From the human T2T-CHM13v2.0 reference genome, Homo sapiens, in NCBI RefSeq assembly GCF_009914755.1, contig NC_060936.1: DNA of 64,000 nucleotides, one strand, 5' to 3'. Shown here one piece after another: positions 13,568 through 24,503 of the stretch. The translations under genes and the position numbers were made by a program. Within the stretch, counting starts at the first letter, position 1. Every line of letters starts with the position of its first letter. The notes below the pieces were generated by a model that did no database searches, was not told the DNA's origin, and saw only the letters and a list, made by a program, of their open reading frames with translations.

Positions 13568-15959
13568 CCGGCTACAATATATTTGAAAGCAGGAAGATAG
13601 TCTAAAAAATGTTTGCTCCTAATTGAGTCTTCTGTGAGAAGGACATTTCTTACTGCAGATAATTCTTGGCAGCTGTTGTTGGCCTCCTTTAAATTCTACT
13701 TACCTGAGTTCAGTAATTCATATTACAGGCTTGCACATCAACAAAGGCTCCTGAATGAACAGCAGTGTAAGGCTTTAATAAATTAAACTGATGGGAGGGA
13801 TAATTAACACTACAGTATACATGCTACCATATCTCCAGTTGGTGATTTAAAGTGAGCTTATGTACAGTTTGTGGTGTATGTGTTAATGATGTACTTTTTA
13901 AAAAGAAAGAAGAGATATTTCAATTCAGTCAGATTTATTAGTCTGGTGTTTTTGCACCCTTTTTCAAGTACAAAATCGTACTAGAATTTTATGCAAGATG
14001 GTACTGTAACATTCCATATTATCTATAACCAGCCTTTGTTAACAAAGGGAACTGATATACTTGTGTGTATAATAAATGGTACAGTTCTGTATAAAATAGT
14101 GCATTTATTTAAATTTTAAAAGTATTGATAATGTTAAATGCTTAAAGCTCTATTTATTATTAATACAAAATTGTTTGCTTACATTTTTACTTATAATTTG
14201 CCTTCATATGTGGCGGATAAGCTCACCATATGATCATGCAGTTAGCTTCATGCTTATTTTAAATGTATTATTAGTGACCATTAAACATCTGACCAGTAAG
14301 GTCATGTGAACACAGCAGCAAATAGTTTATGATTTGCTGATTTTGGAGCTTTGAAATATAGGTTCTTAATACATTGATACATATTGTAGCACTATGACTT
14401 CATCATACCTCATTTCTTTAAACAGCTCTCCAAGCTTTCACTGAAGTCTGTCTGTTTTTTATATTGGCTGTCTGGATTTTAAAGACTTTTCATATTTTAT
14501 ATTTCTACTGATTTTGTTTCCCCTAACAACATTTGTCACTGTCTTTGAATTATGACCCAGGCAAGATGATTTCAGATTTTCTAAAATCTTGCCTGTGAGG
14601 TTTTGTTCATATCAGTGCTTCATTTTGTAATGTCTTCTCAAGAAAAATACCTATGTTAACTCACAAGTATAAAATATGTGTGTATTATAAAACAATGAAA
14701 AGTGTATTTTTGGAGATAGTCAAGCATTTAGAAGTGCAGTGAACTTGCTGTCACGGAGTAAAATGCTAATTATGTTTCACTTTCCTAGCCTAGTGAAAAA
14801 GAAAAGTGCTCTTGAGTACAATACCTTAATTATTTCTTAAAATACTGACTTTGACCTAGCTCACTGTATTTTTTATTTAATGGATTATGGATTACAGTAT
14901 TTTTCTTCTGAGTTAAATTTTCATAATTTATGTGAAGACACAAAGATGTTTAAAACAATGATTATTCATAAGAAATCATGATGGTCTCAGTATTATTTTA
15001 GTGTATTGGAAGGTCTTTGATCTTAATAGAATTTATAAATTTCAGCTTCTCCAGAATAATCATAAAACTGCAAAAAGATATTATAATTGAGTCATGATTG
15101 AGATACAGTTTTGAGGCTATTATAATTGTATAATTATTTAATTTGCATTATCTGTAAAATGTAGTAAGGTCTTTGAGGGGATATTTTTTATTTACATGAA
15201 TTACTGAATTTCTATTTTATTATTTCACCTAAAATTAAGGTAAAATATGGCATTTCATAAGTTCTGCTTTCAGCATTTTCCTTAAAGTTGTAAAAAATCA
15301 AGCTATGTACTTATTTTCTATATTTGGGTGTGTTAAATTGAGGATTAGAAAAATCCACATAATCACTGATAAAGCATTGAAACAGAATAACCCAAGGGTA
15401 GTGTACCGATTCAGTAACATGTTAAAAATATTGCTATGCATTTATTCAAAGGAAAATGGTCTATTCTTGAGAAATAAAAGATCAGTTGCAATTAGGATAA
15501 TTAAATAGTTAAATATGAGTCAAGTGTATGCAATATACATTTATATGAACCAAAGCTTGCTTTATCAGGACCATGCCCTACAGTTCAAAACATAAACATA
15601 GTGAATGTGTTAATATCATATAATAAGGTAATAAATGCCAGTCTTAGTGTGAAGCAAGTGGGTGGCCCCCTTGGTAGTATAATTGGACAGGATTTTCCTC
15701 CAGAATATTTCCTGTCACCCTCCAAGAGTCACTACAGTAATTGATTGCTGGCATGGAACACATTGCCCTTGTCTTGTTAGTATGAATTGGGTTCTCCAGT
15801 GACTAGAAGAACTGGGGTGTGTGAAAGTATTCGATGCCAGGAGATTCAAAAAGGAAGCTCTCAAAGATAAGATCATTTTATGGCACAATTGAGTCTATAA
15901 CCAGCCCTTTAAGCAGTAGTAAAAATGTCCTTTGTCATACTTACTAGAAATACTATGAG

Positions 15960-16262
15960 TTTTTTTTTTTTTTTTCATTTGAGACGGAGTCTCGCTCTGT
16001 CACCCAGGCTGGAATGCAGTGGCACGATCTTGGCTCACTGCAACCTCTGCTTCCCGGGTTCAAGCAGTTTCCTGCTTCAGACTTCCAAGTAGCTGGGATT
16101 ACAGACATGCCACCATGCCAGGCTAATTTTTTTAATATTTTTAGTAGAGATGGGGTTTCACCATTTTGGCCATTCTAGTCTTGAACTCCTGACCTCAGGT
16201 GATCTGCCCGCCTTGGCCTCCCAAAGTGCTGACATTACAGGCCTGAGCCACTGCGCCCAGCC
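15960..16262 (-). mobile_element. AluS-like in the MON2 3'UTR
   Basis: Reverse Alu, TSD aatac(t/c)atgagtttt. Confidence 0.95.
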
Positions 16263-18380
16263 AATACCATGAGTTTTAAGCCTCACATCGTCACTTGCTG
16301 TCACTGCCAGTGCCTGTTTTATTCATATTGCTGGACAACAGACATATGCCACCAATTGTATGATTAATAAAGTCTTTTTCTGGCCATTTTGTCCATTATA
16401 AAGGAAATAAACTAATTGTTAACTTGCATAGATTACTTCTTAGTTTCCTATGCTACCACCACTGCCAAGGGAGAAAAAAATACATCATTTTGTAATGTCT
16501 TTAGTATTTCTTTATAACTAGTGTTAAGGTTTTGTTAATTTTATTGTATACATTTGTAACATTTATTAGGAGCCTTTTAGGTTCCAAAACAAACAAAAGG
16601 CATAAAAAAGTCTAGCTTAGAACCACTTTTCACTTGCTTTCATTTTTAATTTTATTCACTTAACAGCTAACATCTTTCTTGTTTCTTGTTTTTTCCATTA
16701 TATGGTTATCGATTCAACTCTTGCTATATTCCTTAAATTTGTATGTATCATCAGAAGAAAGAGATGAACAATTTAGTGTAGATATTTTATTCTGGAGAAT
16801 AATATTCAATTAAATTATTTCTACAGCAGGCCAGTAACAACTAGATTATTTGTCCTTTCTCAGTATAATTTTAAAGAGCATTTTGTTTTATTGTCACAAT
16901 TTGGTACCACTAGTCCCAGGTAACCATTGGGCCAAAGGATCAGTTGAGAAACAGTTAAGGATGAATTAGCATAAGTTATGGAACAGTGTTAGAAAACAAC
17001 TCAAAAGTATATTCTTTATTAATGAGGTGGTCATTATTACATTTGTGTCAATGAAGGGCAGTGTAGTTATTTTAAAATGACTAATATTTTCTCCCCAAAT
17101 ACAGAATAATTCAGATGGGCAACCAAGTTTTCAAGAGACTGCTGTAGGTGAAGTCTGTCTAGCCAAGGCAGAACACTTACAGGAGTCCCTAACTGTGCCA
17201 CCCTTGGAATGGGTTAGTGTACAGGCTCAGAATATTGTGGATTACAGTTTTTCAGAGAAAACTACCACAGATGTAGACAAAAATGATCTCTGAAAGCATT
17301 GCCAGCAGCCAGGTATGTTCCTTAGATTTCCACTTAGGTTTGGCATTTTGGCAGATAAGCTAATCTTGTATAAAGCATCACATTTTACTATGCTTAGTGT
17401 TCCTGGGTTGTATTTATCTACATTATTAGAGGGAATTTTTATTTTAAAAAAATTGTCATTCATGAGAAGAATGGGAGTTCATGCCACATAGTATTTTACC
17501 AATTTATATAAAGTGGGAAAAGTCTTTAATACTTCATGATCACTTGAATTAAAGTTTTTGTATCTCTGGAAAGTAGAATAGTGCTTTCATTTGAATGAAA
17601 AGTGTTTATAGATTCAGAAAGAGAGATGATATCTTTGTATCTTGATTTATATACAGACCATTTCAGAGGAAGTTAAATGTCTTACAAATCCAATACTTTC
17701 TAATGCTCTAACAGTGTTGGCTATTTAAAAGAACATGTGGCAAGTTCTATATGAATATTCTTGGTCATCTCGACTAATTCTGAGGCAATGATGGACAGAG
17801 ATGCTACTTCTTATTTAACTCTAGGCATGTTGACTTTTCAAAGCGGTTTCCTTATTTCTAAACAGAGATGATGATCAATGAGTTACTAATTCTTTAGAGG
17901 AAAAAATGCATAATTTGAGTGTGGAGTTGATTTTAATGACAGGGTAATTCAAGTTGTTTGATAAATTTATTACTATATTGTAAGAGAGATCTTTGACCAT
18001 TTTTCTTCCTTTTTCTTGGACATCACTTTCTTCCCTCCCCTTCTCTCTTTTATGTTTTTATCCTTGTTAAATTTTATGTTTACGTTACCATCTTTCTTAT
18101 ACTTTCCCCTGATTTTTCTCTTTTAATTCCTCTTTCATTCTCTGCCTCTTCTCTTTCAGCTCTTTCTCTAATTGTGCCTATTCCTTGTTCATAAGAAGTG
18201 GAGCTGTTAGTGGTAGAACCACTGCTCATGGTTCTACCACTACAAAGTGGAAAGTAGAAATACTTTGCACTTTGGCCACTGTTGCGTTTTTGCCAAGGTA
18301 AAGTTCCCCTGCCATTTTGAAATAGCTGAACAAGTTAAAGTAATATGTTCCAAAAACTGGAAGTGCCATAAAAAACTAAA

Positions 18381-18386
18381 AATAAA
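18381..18386 (+). terminator. Candidate MON2 poly(A) signal AATAAA
   Basis: Canonical hexamer at the end of the unique UTR block; the A-rich context could also cause oligo-dT internal priming. Confidence 0.55.
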
Positions 18387-18588
18387 AAAAAATTGTGACT
18401 ATAACTCCTACTGTCTTTATGAATACACGGGATTCAGCAGCCAAGATGCTCACAAAATGGGATTGCTATAAATATGATGGATTCAGCACCTAAATTTGGA
18501 ATAATCATGTCTTTTCTGTTATGTGGGTAGAGAGATTATATATCTTTTCTCAAAGTAAAGTATTTAAAACCTGTTTAAATGAGGGTTT

Positions 18589-18717
18589 TGGCTGGCGTGG
18601 TGGCCCACACCTGTAATCCCAGCACTTTGGGAAGCCAAGGTGGGAGTATCACTTGAGGCCAGGAGTTTGAGACTAGCCTAGACAACATAGCAAGATCCTA
18701 TCTCTAGTTCAAAAAAA
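18589..18717 (+). mobile_element. Alu left monomer (FLAM-like)
   Basis: Single arm; flanks repeat agggtttt. Confidence 0.88.
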
Positions 18718-18992
18718 TATTTTTAATTAGGGTTTTGGTTTTTTATGATTTTGGGGGGTGGGGGAGATATTTGTTTTTTTGAGGCAGACGTTTAAACTTT
18801 TAGATTTATCCCATCTTAATATTGATTTATATTGACACTGCCTACTTACAAGAATAATTTGAGGCAGCATATTGCCCATGTATTTCAACTATTTTCATTT
18901 TTCTGTTGCAAAGCAGTCTTTGATGGAAGACCCGGAATCTTATAGTTCTCATATCTGAGTCTTTCTGGAGTGTATTTGGTGTCTGTGTGATT

Positions 18993-19020
18993 GGTTCACC
19001 CAGAGGTCACCCAGAGGTCA
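18993..19020 (+). promoter_or_regulatory. Tandem double DR5 nuclear-receptor element GGTTCA-n5-AGGTCA-n5-AGGTCA (RARE-like)
   Basis: Three RGKTCA half-sites read directly, each separated by CCCAG. Confidence 0.5.
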
Positions 19021-20814
19021 ATTGAAACCTTCCTAATTATACTATGGTATTGATTCTATCCCCTCAAGTATGAAAAAATTAAATTTTCAGACCATTTTCA
19101 GTTGCTGCGAATGTAGTTACACTAAGTTTTATTTTAAACTAAAATTCAATAAACAGTGCAGCCAGGGAAGATCTGCTAAACCATGCCGTTATTTGGAAAA
19201 TCATTGCAATATATTAACAACTGCTTCCTTCTATGATGTTTACTAGATGGAGAAAAATACTCCATACCTATATTGCAATTTTATTTTTATCTAGAAAAAG
19301 AAAATATTAGGCTTCAGACCCAACTGTGCAAATTTCATTTGCTTTCCATCTCTTACTACTACCTCTGTGTCATAATTTAACACGTAACATACAACTCCTG
19401 TCTCTTAAGGCAGCTACCATATGGTGTTTATGTCAGACTGGATATATTTATCTAATTTTGTGAAATTATTTTTTAGTTCCCAACACAATTCTTGAAAGTA
19501 ATACCACTGTTGTTACTCTTTCTCCTTACAATTTTTATGTTGTTGAGATGTATCAGTTATGTATTATAATCATGAAATTGTATTGGCCTCAAACCCAAAT
19601 TTTCTTTGTAGTCTAGGATAGATTTTTCATGAAAGCTATATAGTTATAACTGTGATTGTACAGATTGTTTATTTGTTTTACAGCTAACATTAAGCATGAT
19701 TCCAGGTTTTTAATTATGTTCCAGCAACACTAGTGTTTCTTTATAACTTAAAATCATAACCACTTTGATAATTTACCTTTGGATCTGACCAGTGATTCAT
19801 TTTTTTCTTGAATATACTTTGTGTTTGCTTTCTCATCCCCGTTAAGTCTGAAACATTATTGACACCCCACATCACTTACTCTGTTTAAAGACTTTACGAG
19901 TAGTGAGTCACATGTTTAGGATGATCACTTTGGGAAAAAAAAAATTATAGAGTAAAGGGGAAATGTTCTTGAGAGCTTTATTAAAACCATTAATATATAA
20001 AATGAAAAAATAATAAACAGAAGACACGAAGTGTCTCTCAATAGTTTAGAAAGAAAGATTTGGAACTTTAAGTAAAAATGCTAGGTCAAGTAAAAATCCT
20101 GATGTAGATTAGATTATCTTAATCTTATGAGCATTTTTTTTTAATTTGGTGAAGCTGTTTTGAAACTGCCTGTCCATATCAATGCCAGACTATCTCTCTA
20201 CCTCTCAAAGAAAATAATTTGCATTAAAATTCCTTTTTTTGTTATGTAATGAAAGTATAAAACAAGAATTTGTACGTTACTCAGTGTGTACTGCAGTCAG
20301 ATATAGTTAAAATAATTTTTCTGATGCGTAATTTTAACCACCATTTCTGGAGTACCTAGTATGTGCAGGCCAAGGCTTTGCCTATATTATTCCCTTTAAT
20401 CCTCAAAGTAGCCTTGCAAAGAAGTTATTTTCATTTTACAGAAGAGTCAAGGATTAGGGGGTTGAAGTGAGCTGCCTAGAGTCACATACCTAAAGTCCAG
20501 GTGGATCACTATGTCTTGCTTTTTCAAAAGCAGTTCTTTCTACTACAGTACAATAGTTTCATGTTTTACAGTCCATTAAAATCCAAGACTTATAAAATAA
20601 ACTAAAAATACTCTTGAGGCAATTACTATTTCTATGATGGGCACTGGGACAAATATACTTGAACATAACAAAGAACTAAAAATACTGTGAAAAAAAGATT
20701 TGTCTTAACGATGACCTTGAAAGTTGCATTGGGTTTTTATTATTGGTCCAGGTTTAAAACATTTTATCTATTTAAAACATATGTTGTGTGTTTTAAGAAG
20801 TTATGTTATAAATA

Positions 20815-21010
20815 ACAGCATTGTGGTTAAGAGCCCAGAGTCTGGGGCCAGGCTTCTTAGATGCAAATCCCAACTCTGTTATTTTACTAAATGTGTGACC
20901 TTGGGCAAGTTAATTAACCTGTTTTGGTGTCCTCCTCTGTGAAATGGAGTTAATCGTGGTATTTAACAGAATTCAAAATGTAGTGTGTTCTAAAGCGCTG
21001 TGCCTGGAGC
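20815..21010 (+). mobile_element. MIR SINE
   Basis: gtggttaagagc...tgtgtgaccttgggcaagttaattaacct core. Confidence 0.8.
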
Positions 21011-21271
21011 ATCATCACCACTAGGTGGTTAGGGAAGTAAAACACATTTGGCACACATCATTCAAGAATGGCCAGAAAATCCATGTCTTCCCACAATAGG
21101 GACCAATTTTTTGCCTTTCACCAGACAACCACTGAATGTTAAGAATCTACTGTGTGCTAATAACTGTGTCCTTGCTGTATGACAGAAGCTATTTGGAGCG
21201 CTCTCAAGTGCTTATTACAGCTAGTCAAGGAAACCGCATATATAAAATAATACTGGATACAAGACTATACA

Positions 21272-21277
21272 ATTAAA
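21272..21277 (+). terminator. Candidate distal MON2 poly(A) signal ATTAAA (long 3'UTR ending about 21295)
   Basis: ATTAAA followed by CA about 20 nt later and a downstream U/GU-rich tract (ctgtttag...ctgtttttgcgtt); consistent with my recollection of a very long annotated MON2 UTR. Confidence 0.45.
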
Positions 21278-22576
21278 TACTGGTGTATCACTAACAACTG
21301 TTTAGACCCTGTTTTTGCGTTAAGCATTGGGTTAGTCTCTGTCCTCATGGAGTTTTCAGTTTTATAGGGAATACAGACCTTTTAACAAGTATGTAAAGTA
21401 CAGTAAAAGACAAGTACAGATTAAAATGAAATCATAAAATAGGAACCTTAGCCTAGTCTTCTGTGGTTCAGGTTAATAGTGCTGTTAGTAGTCAGAAGGA
21501 AGTTTTTTAAAGAAATGAAAAAGCTCAGTGGTTAAGATAGAAATTAAAGTTAGTCTTGATGGCTACCTAGATTTTGGATGAGTTCAAAGGATATACGGAG
21601 GGATTTCAGGCAAGATAATGTGAGCAAGGCATATCTGTGAAATAGAAAACAGTGCATTTTGGTGTATTGTGTGAAACAAGGTTGGTTGTGAAGGATTGGG
21701 TCCCTTCATAAAATTCCTTGAAAGCCAAGGAGAGTAGTTTAGATTTGAGATGGCAGGGTCTGGAGTGATTTAAGAATAAATTATAAAACCAAGGAAGATA
21801 AACTTGCAATCATAAGCAGGATAGGATATATACAGTATGGAAAGCTAAGCTAGAAAGCTGTTGCAATTTTCTTGCTATGAGGTGATGATAAAGAATTGAT
21901 TAACGGTGGTCATATTCAGAAAGGATACTTAAGATTCCTGATATGCAGGGAGGGGGGAGAAAAAGTTGATGGTAACAGTACATTATATGTGGATGATGAG
22001 TATATTGGTGTTAGCACTGTTAAAAACATTATGGAAAGGAATGTAAGTGATAAAGTAGTATAATGACTAAATTTAGTTGGAAACTACTGCTGTAACAAAT
22101 CTGTATACCATAGACCAAACAGGTGTTTAGTGGCCATTTAAAAATCTGTGCCATTATGGCAAAGGACATTTGCTTTGGTACAGAATAATCTGATCCACTG
22201 CGCAGTCAATGAGCAGTGAGGGTTGATTCCCATGGCAGTCCAATCTTTGCTTATCAAGGAAGGATGGTGTGAAGTTTCTACAGACTTTCTGGTAAGTGAT
22301 TGATAGATGAGTTTATGGTTTGATTGAGTTTTTGCTTTGAGTTTATGCTTAGTGATTGATAGGTGAGTTTATGCTTTGTCAGGTAAAGCATTTAACTGCA
22401 AATGTATTATGTTTACACAAATATTCTTAATTGGAAATAGTTTCTGAATATGCACCTAAAAATGTTCTTATGAAATATGTCAGGCAGGCTGATTTTTAAC
22501 TTGAAAACTTCTACTTTAAGAAATTGTTTGGGTCCCATCGCCTATACCATGTAGAATAGAAACAAAAAGCCAGTTA

Positions 22577-22589
22577 TTTAATTTTTAAT
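22577..22589 (-). terminator. Two ATTAAA signals on the minus strand, candidate 3' end of antisense lncRNA LINC01465
   Basis: tttaat at 22577-22582 and 22584-22589 on the + strand. Confidence 0.4.
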
Positions 22590-22864
22590 TTGCAATTAAA
22601 CTCTTGGCCAAGAGGATCTGTTGTCCAAAATTACATCGTGATAGCTTAAGAAAAAAAAAATCTTACTTTGCCAGAAAGGGAATTATACAAGGATATCTTT
22701 ATGAGTTGCTGCCAAATTTTGTTCTAGACCACGGCCCTCTGGCCTCCATGAAGGATCAAAGTCTGGGCAAAGACAATTCTAAGTTGTAGGTAAACATGCT
22801 TTTCATTTCCCTCCATTCCTTACTTTTGTCATAAGCAGTCTGGATTTTCAGGGGTAAAGGCTGA

Positions 22865-23025
22865 TAGGGTTGCCAGATACAGTCATTAAAAATTGAGAAT
22901 GTGCAGTTAAATTGGAATATCAGATAAACAATTTTAAAAATATATGTAACACACATATGCCAAAACACTGGTTATCTGAAATTCCAATTTAACTGGGCGT
23001 CCTGTATTTTATCTGACAAGCCCTA
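22865..23025. mobile_element. MER53 hAT MITE (palindromic)
   Basis: Termini tagggttgccagata / tatctgacaagcccta; internal inverted arms at 22904-22930 and 22969-22995. Confidence 0.85.
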
Positions 23026-23760
23026 ACTACTTCTTTAAAATAATTTGTTAACTTCCTACAAAAAATCTCTAAATGGGAGGAAAAAAAAAATCCCGTAAGT
23101 TGTCTGGGCCAAAAGCAGAAGTGGCTCCATGGCAGTCAGCCTTCTCCCTAACTTGGCTTAAAAAGAAAAAGCCAAAACCAGAAGTCCCAAAAGCTTGCGT
23201 TTAAAGCGGGCTGTGCCGCAGCTTTCCCGCCTGTTTTCTGCGGAATGTAGCACGGCAGCCACCCCGCGTGGGTGGGGCTCGTATGGTTGTGTCCTTGCTG
23301 GTTGGGAAAGGAGGTGCCGGAAACTTCAAACCACGGCCAGGGTACAACGTGTCCGCTTAGGCGGCGATATGCGCCGCCATCTTCTTTGCGGGCAAAGGCC
23401 GAAAAAAGTTTGGGACTCCACTCCCCCCCGCTGAGCCGATGGAGGGCATCGCCCGCTGCCTCAGCACTCTGGTGACGTGGAATCGGGGTCCCCTCTTTCA
23501 GGGCTGATTTCTGGTAGCACGCTGACGCCTGCCAAGGCAGGGAAAGGGGACGCCGCCTCTGTCCCGGATGTAAGATGGCGGCGCGGGGGGCGGCCTGGCG
23601 GGGCGGTCACGTGGTGAGGAGTAGCGCGCGAGCCTCCTTAAGTGATCTCTAAGGTTCGTCCGGACGCACAGGAGCAGCGGAGCGCGAGACGGGTCTTGTG
23701 TCCGCACGCGTCGAGTCGTCGCAGTCGCCACCCGGGCCATCGCCGGGCCCGGTTTCACTG

Positions 23761-24156
23761 TTAAGGGGTTTTCGTTTGTTCCGTTTTCGCCTCCTGTAGA
23801 GCTGAACGGGAATTCCCCGAAGGGTGCTGGGGAACGGGTGGCCTGGGGACTTCCCGGCTATGCCTTGGCTGCTGTTTGGCGGAGCCGGCGGCAGCCTCTG
23901 CGGGATGCCCGCCGGCGATTATCGGCGCCGAGAGCGGGCCGGCGGCGGGTTCGACAGCGCGGCGCGGGTGGGGGCCCGGGTACCGGACTCGGCCGCAGCC
24001 CAGCCCCCACCGGGGACTCGGAGCAGGGAGGGGCGCGAGCGGCGCAGCTCGGGACGTGGCGGCAGCTCCTAGCGGGCGAAGCGCGGGAGCGCTGCTCGCT
24101 GCCTCTCGGGGGCAGTCCAGAACCAGTTGGTGTCTGACTGCGCTTTTGCCGCCCAT
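23761..24156 (-). CDS. Putative 131-aa Pro/Ala/Arg-rich ORF of C12orf61/LINC01465; protein existence doubtful
   Basis: ATG at 24156 in strong context (GAAATGG), TAA ending at 23761; sub-ORF of track entry 23761..24546. The composition is what GC-rich DNA produces anyway. Confidence 0.3.
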   Translation of the reverse strand: MGGKSAVRHQLVLDCPREAASSAPALRPLGAAATSRAAPLAPLPAPSPRWGLGCGRVRYPGPHPRRAVEPAAGPLSAPIIAGGHPAEAAAGSAKQQPRHSREVPRPPVPQHPSGNSRSALQEAKTEQTKTP

Positions 24157-24503
24157 TTCCTGCTTTCGAGCGGCTGAGGCGACGCGCTCCCCTCGGGCAG
24201 TGGAGGGAGCGGCTCTCTCCGCAGGACACCGCCGCTTTTCTCTCTTCAGAGCGGTGGCTGACGTACAGAACGCCGGCTGTATCACCCGGGCGCCGGCGCC
24301 GCCTCTCATCCCCGTAGCTCTCGGGGCGCGCCGGGAGTAGCCGAGCCGCTGGGTGCTGGGCGGGGTCTCCGGGCGCGGCGCGGGGGGAAGGCAAAGGAAA
24401 AGAAGGGGCGGCGGGCCGACGTCGGCGGCGAGGAAGGACGGAGGAGCGCCGGAGCCGCTTTGCTGCCCTCCGCGTGGTCCCGTGCCTCCCCGACACCATG
24501 GCC

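Larger units (their letters stand above)
13568..18405 (+). other. MON2: MON2 3'UTR (proximal/medium form), with AATAAA at 13777, 14071, 15473, 16366, 16406 and 18381
   Basis: AT-rich, nearly repeat-free sequence after the stop; hexamers read directly. Which sites are used is inference. Confidence 0.75.
22570..24310 (-). ncRNA. LINC01465: LINC01465 (formerly C12orf61), unspliced antisense lncRNA; ends approximate
   Basis: Contains the 131-aa ORF MGGKSAVRHQLVLDCPREAASS...EQTKTP that I recognise as C12orf61; minus-strand poly(A) signals at about 22580. The TSS cannot be read from sequence. Confidence 0.65.
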
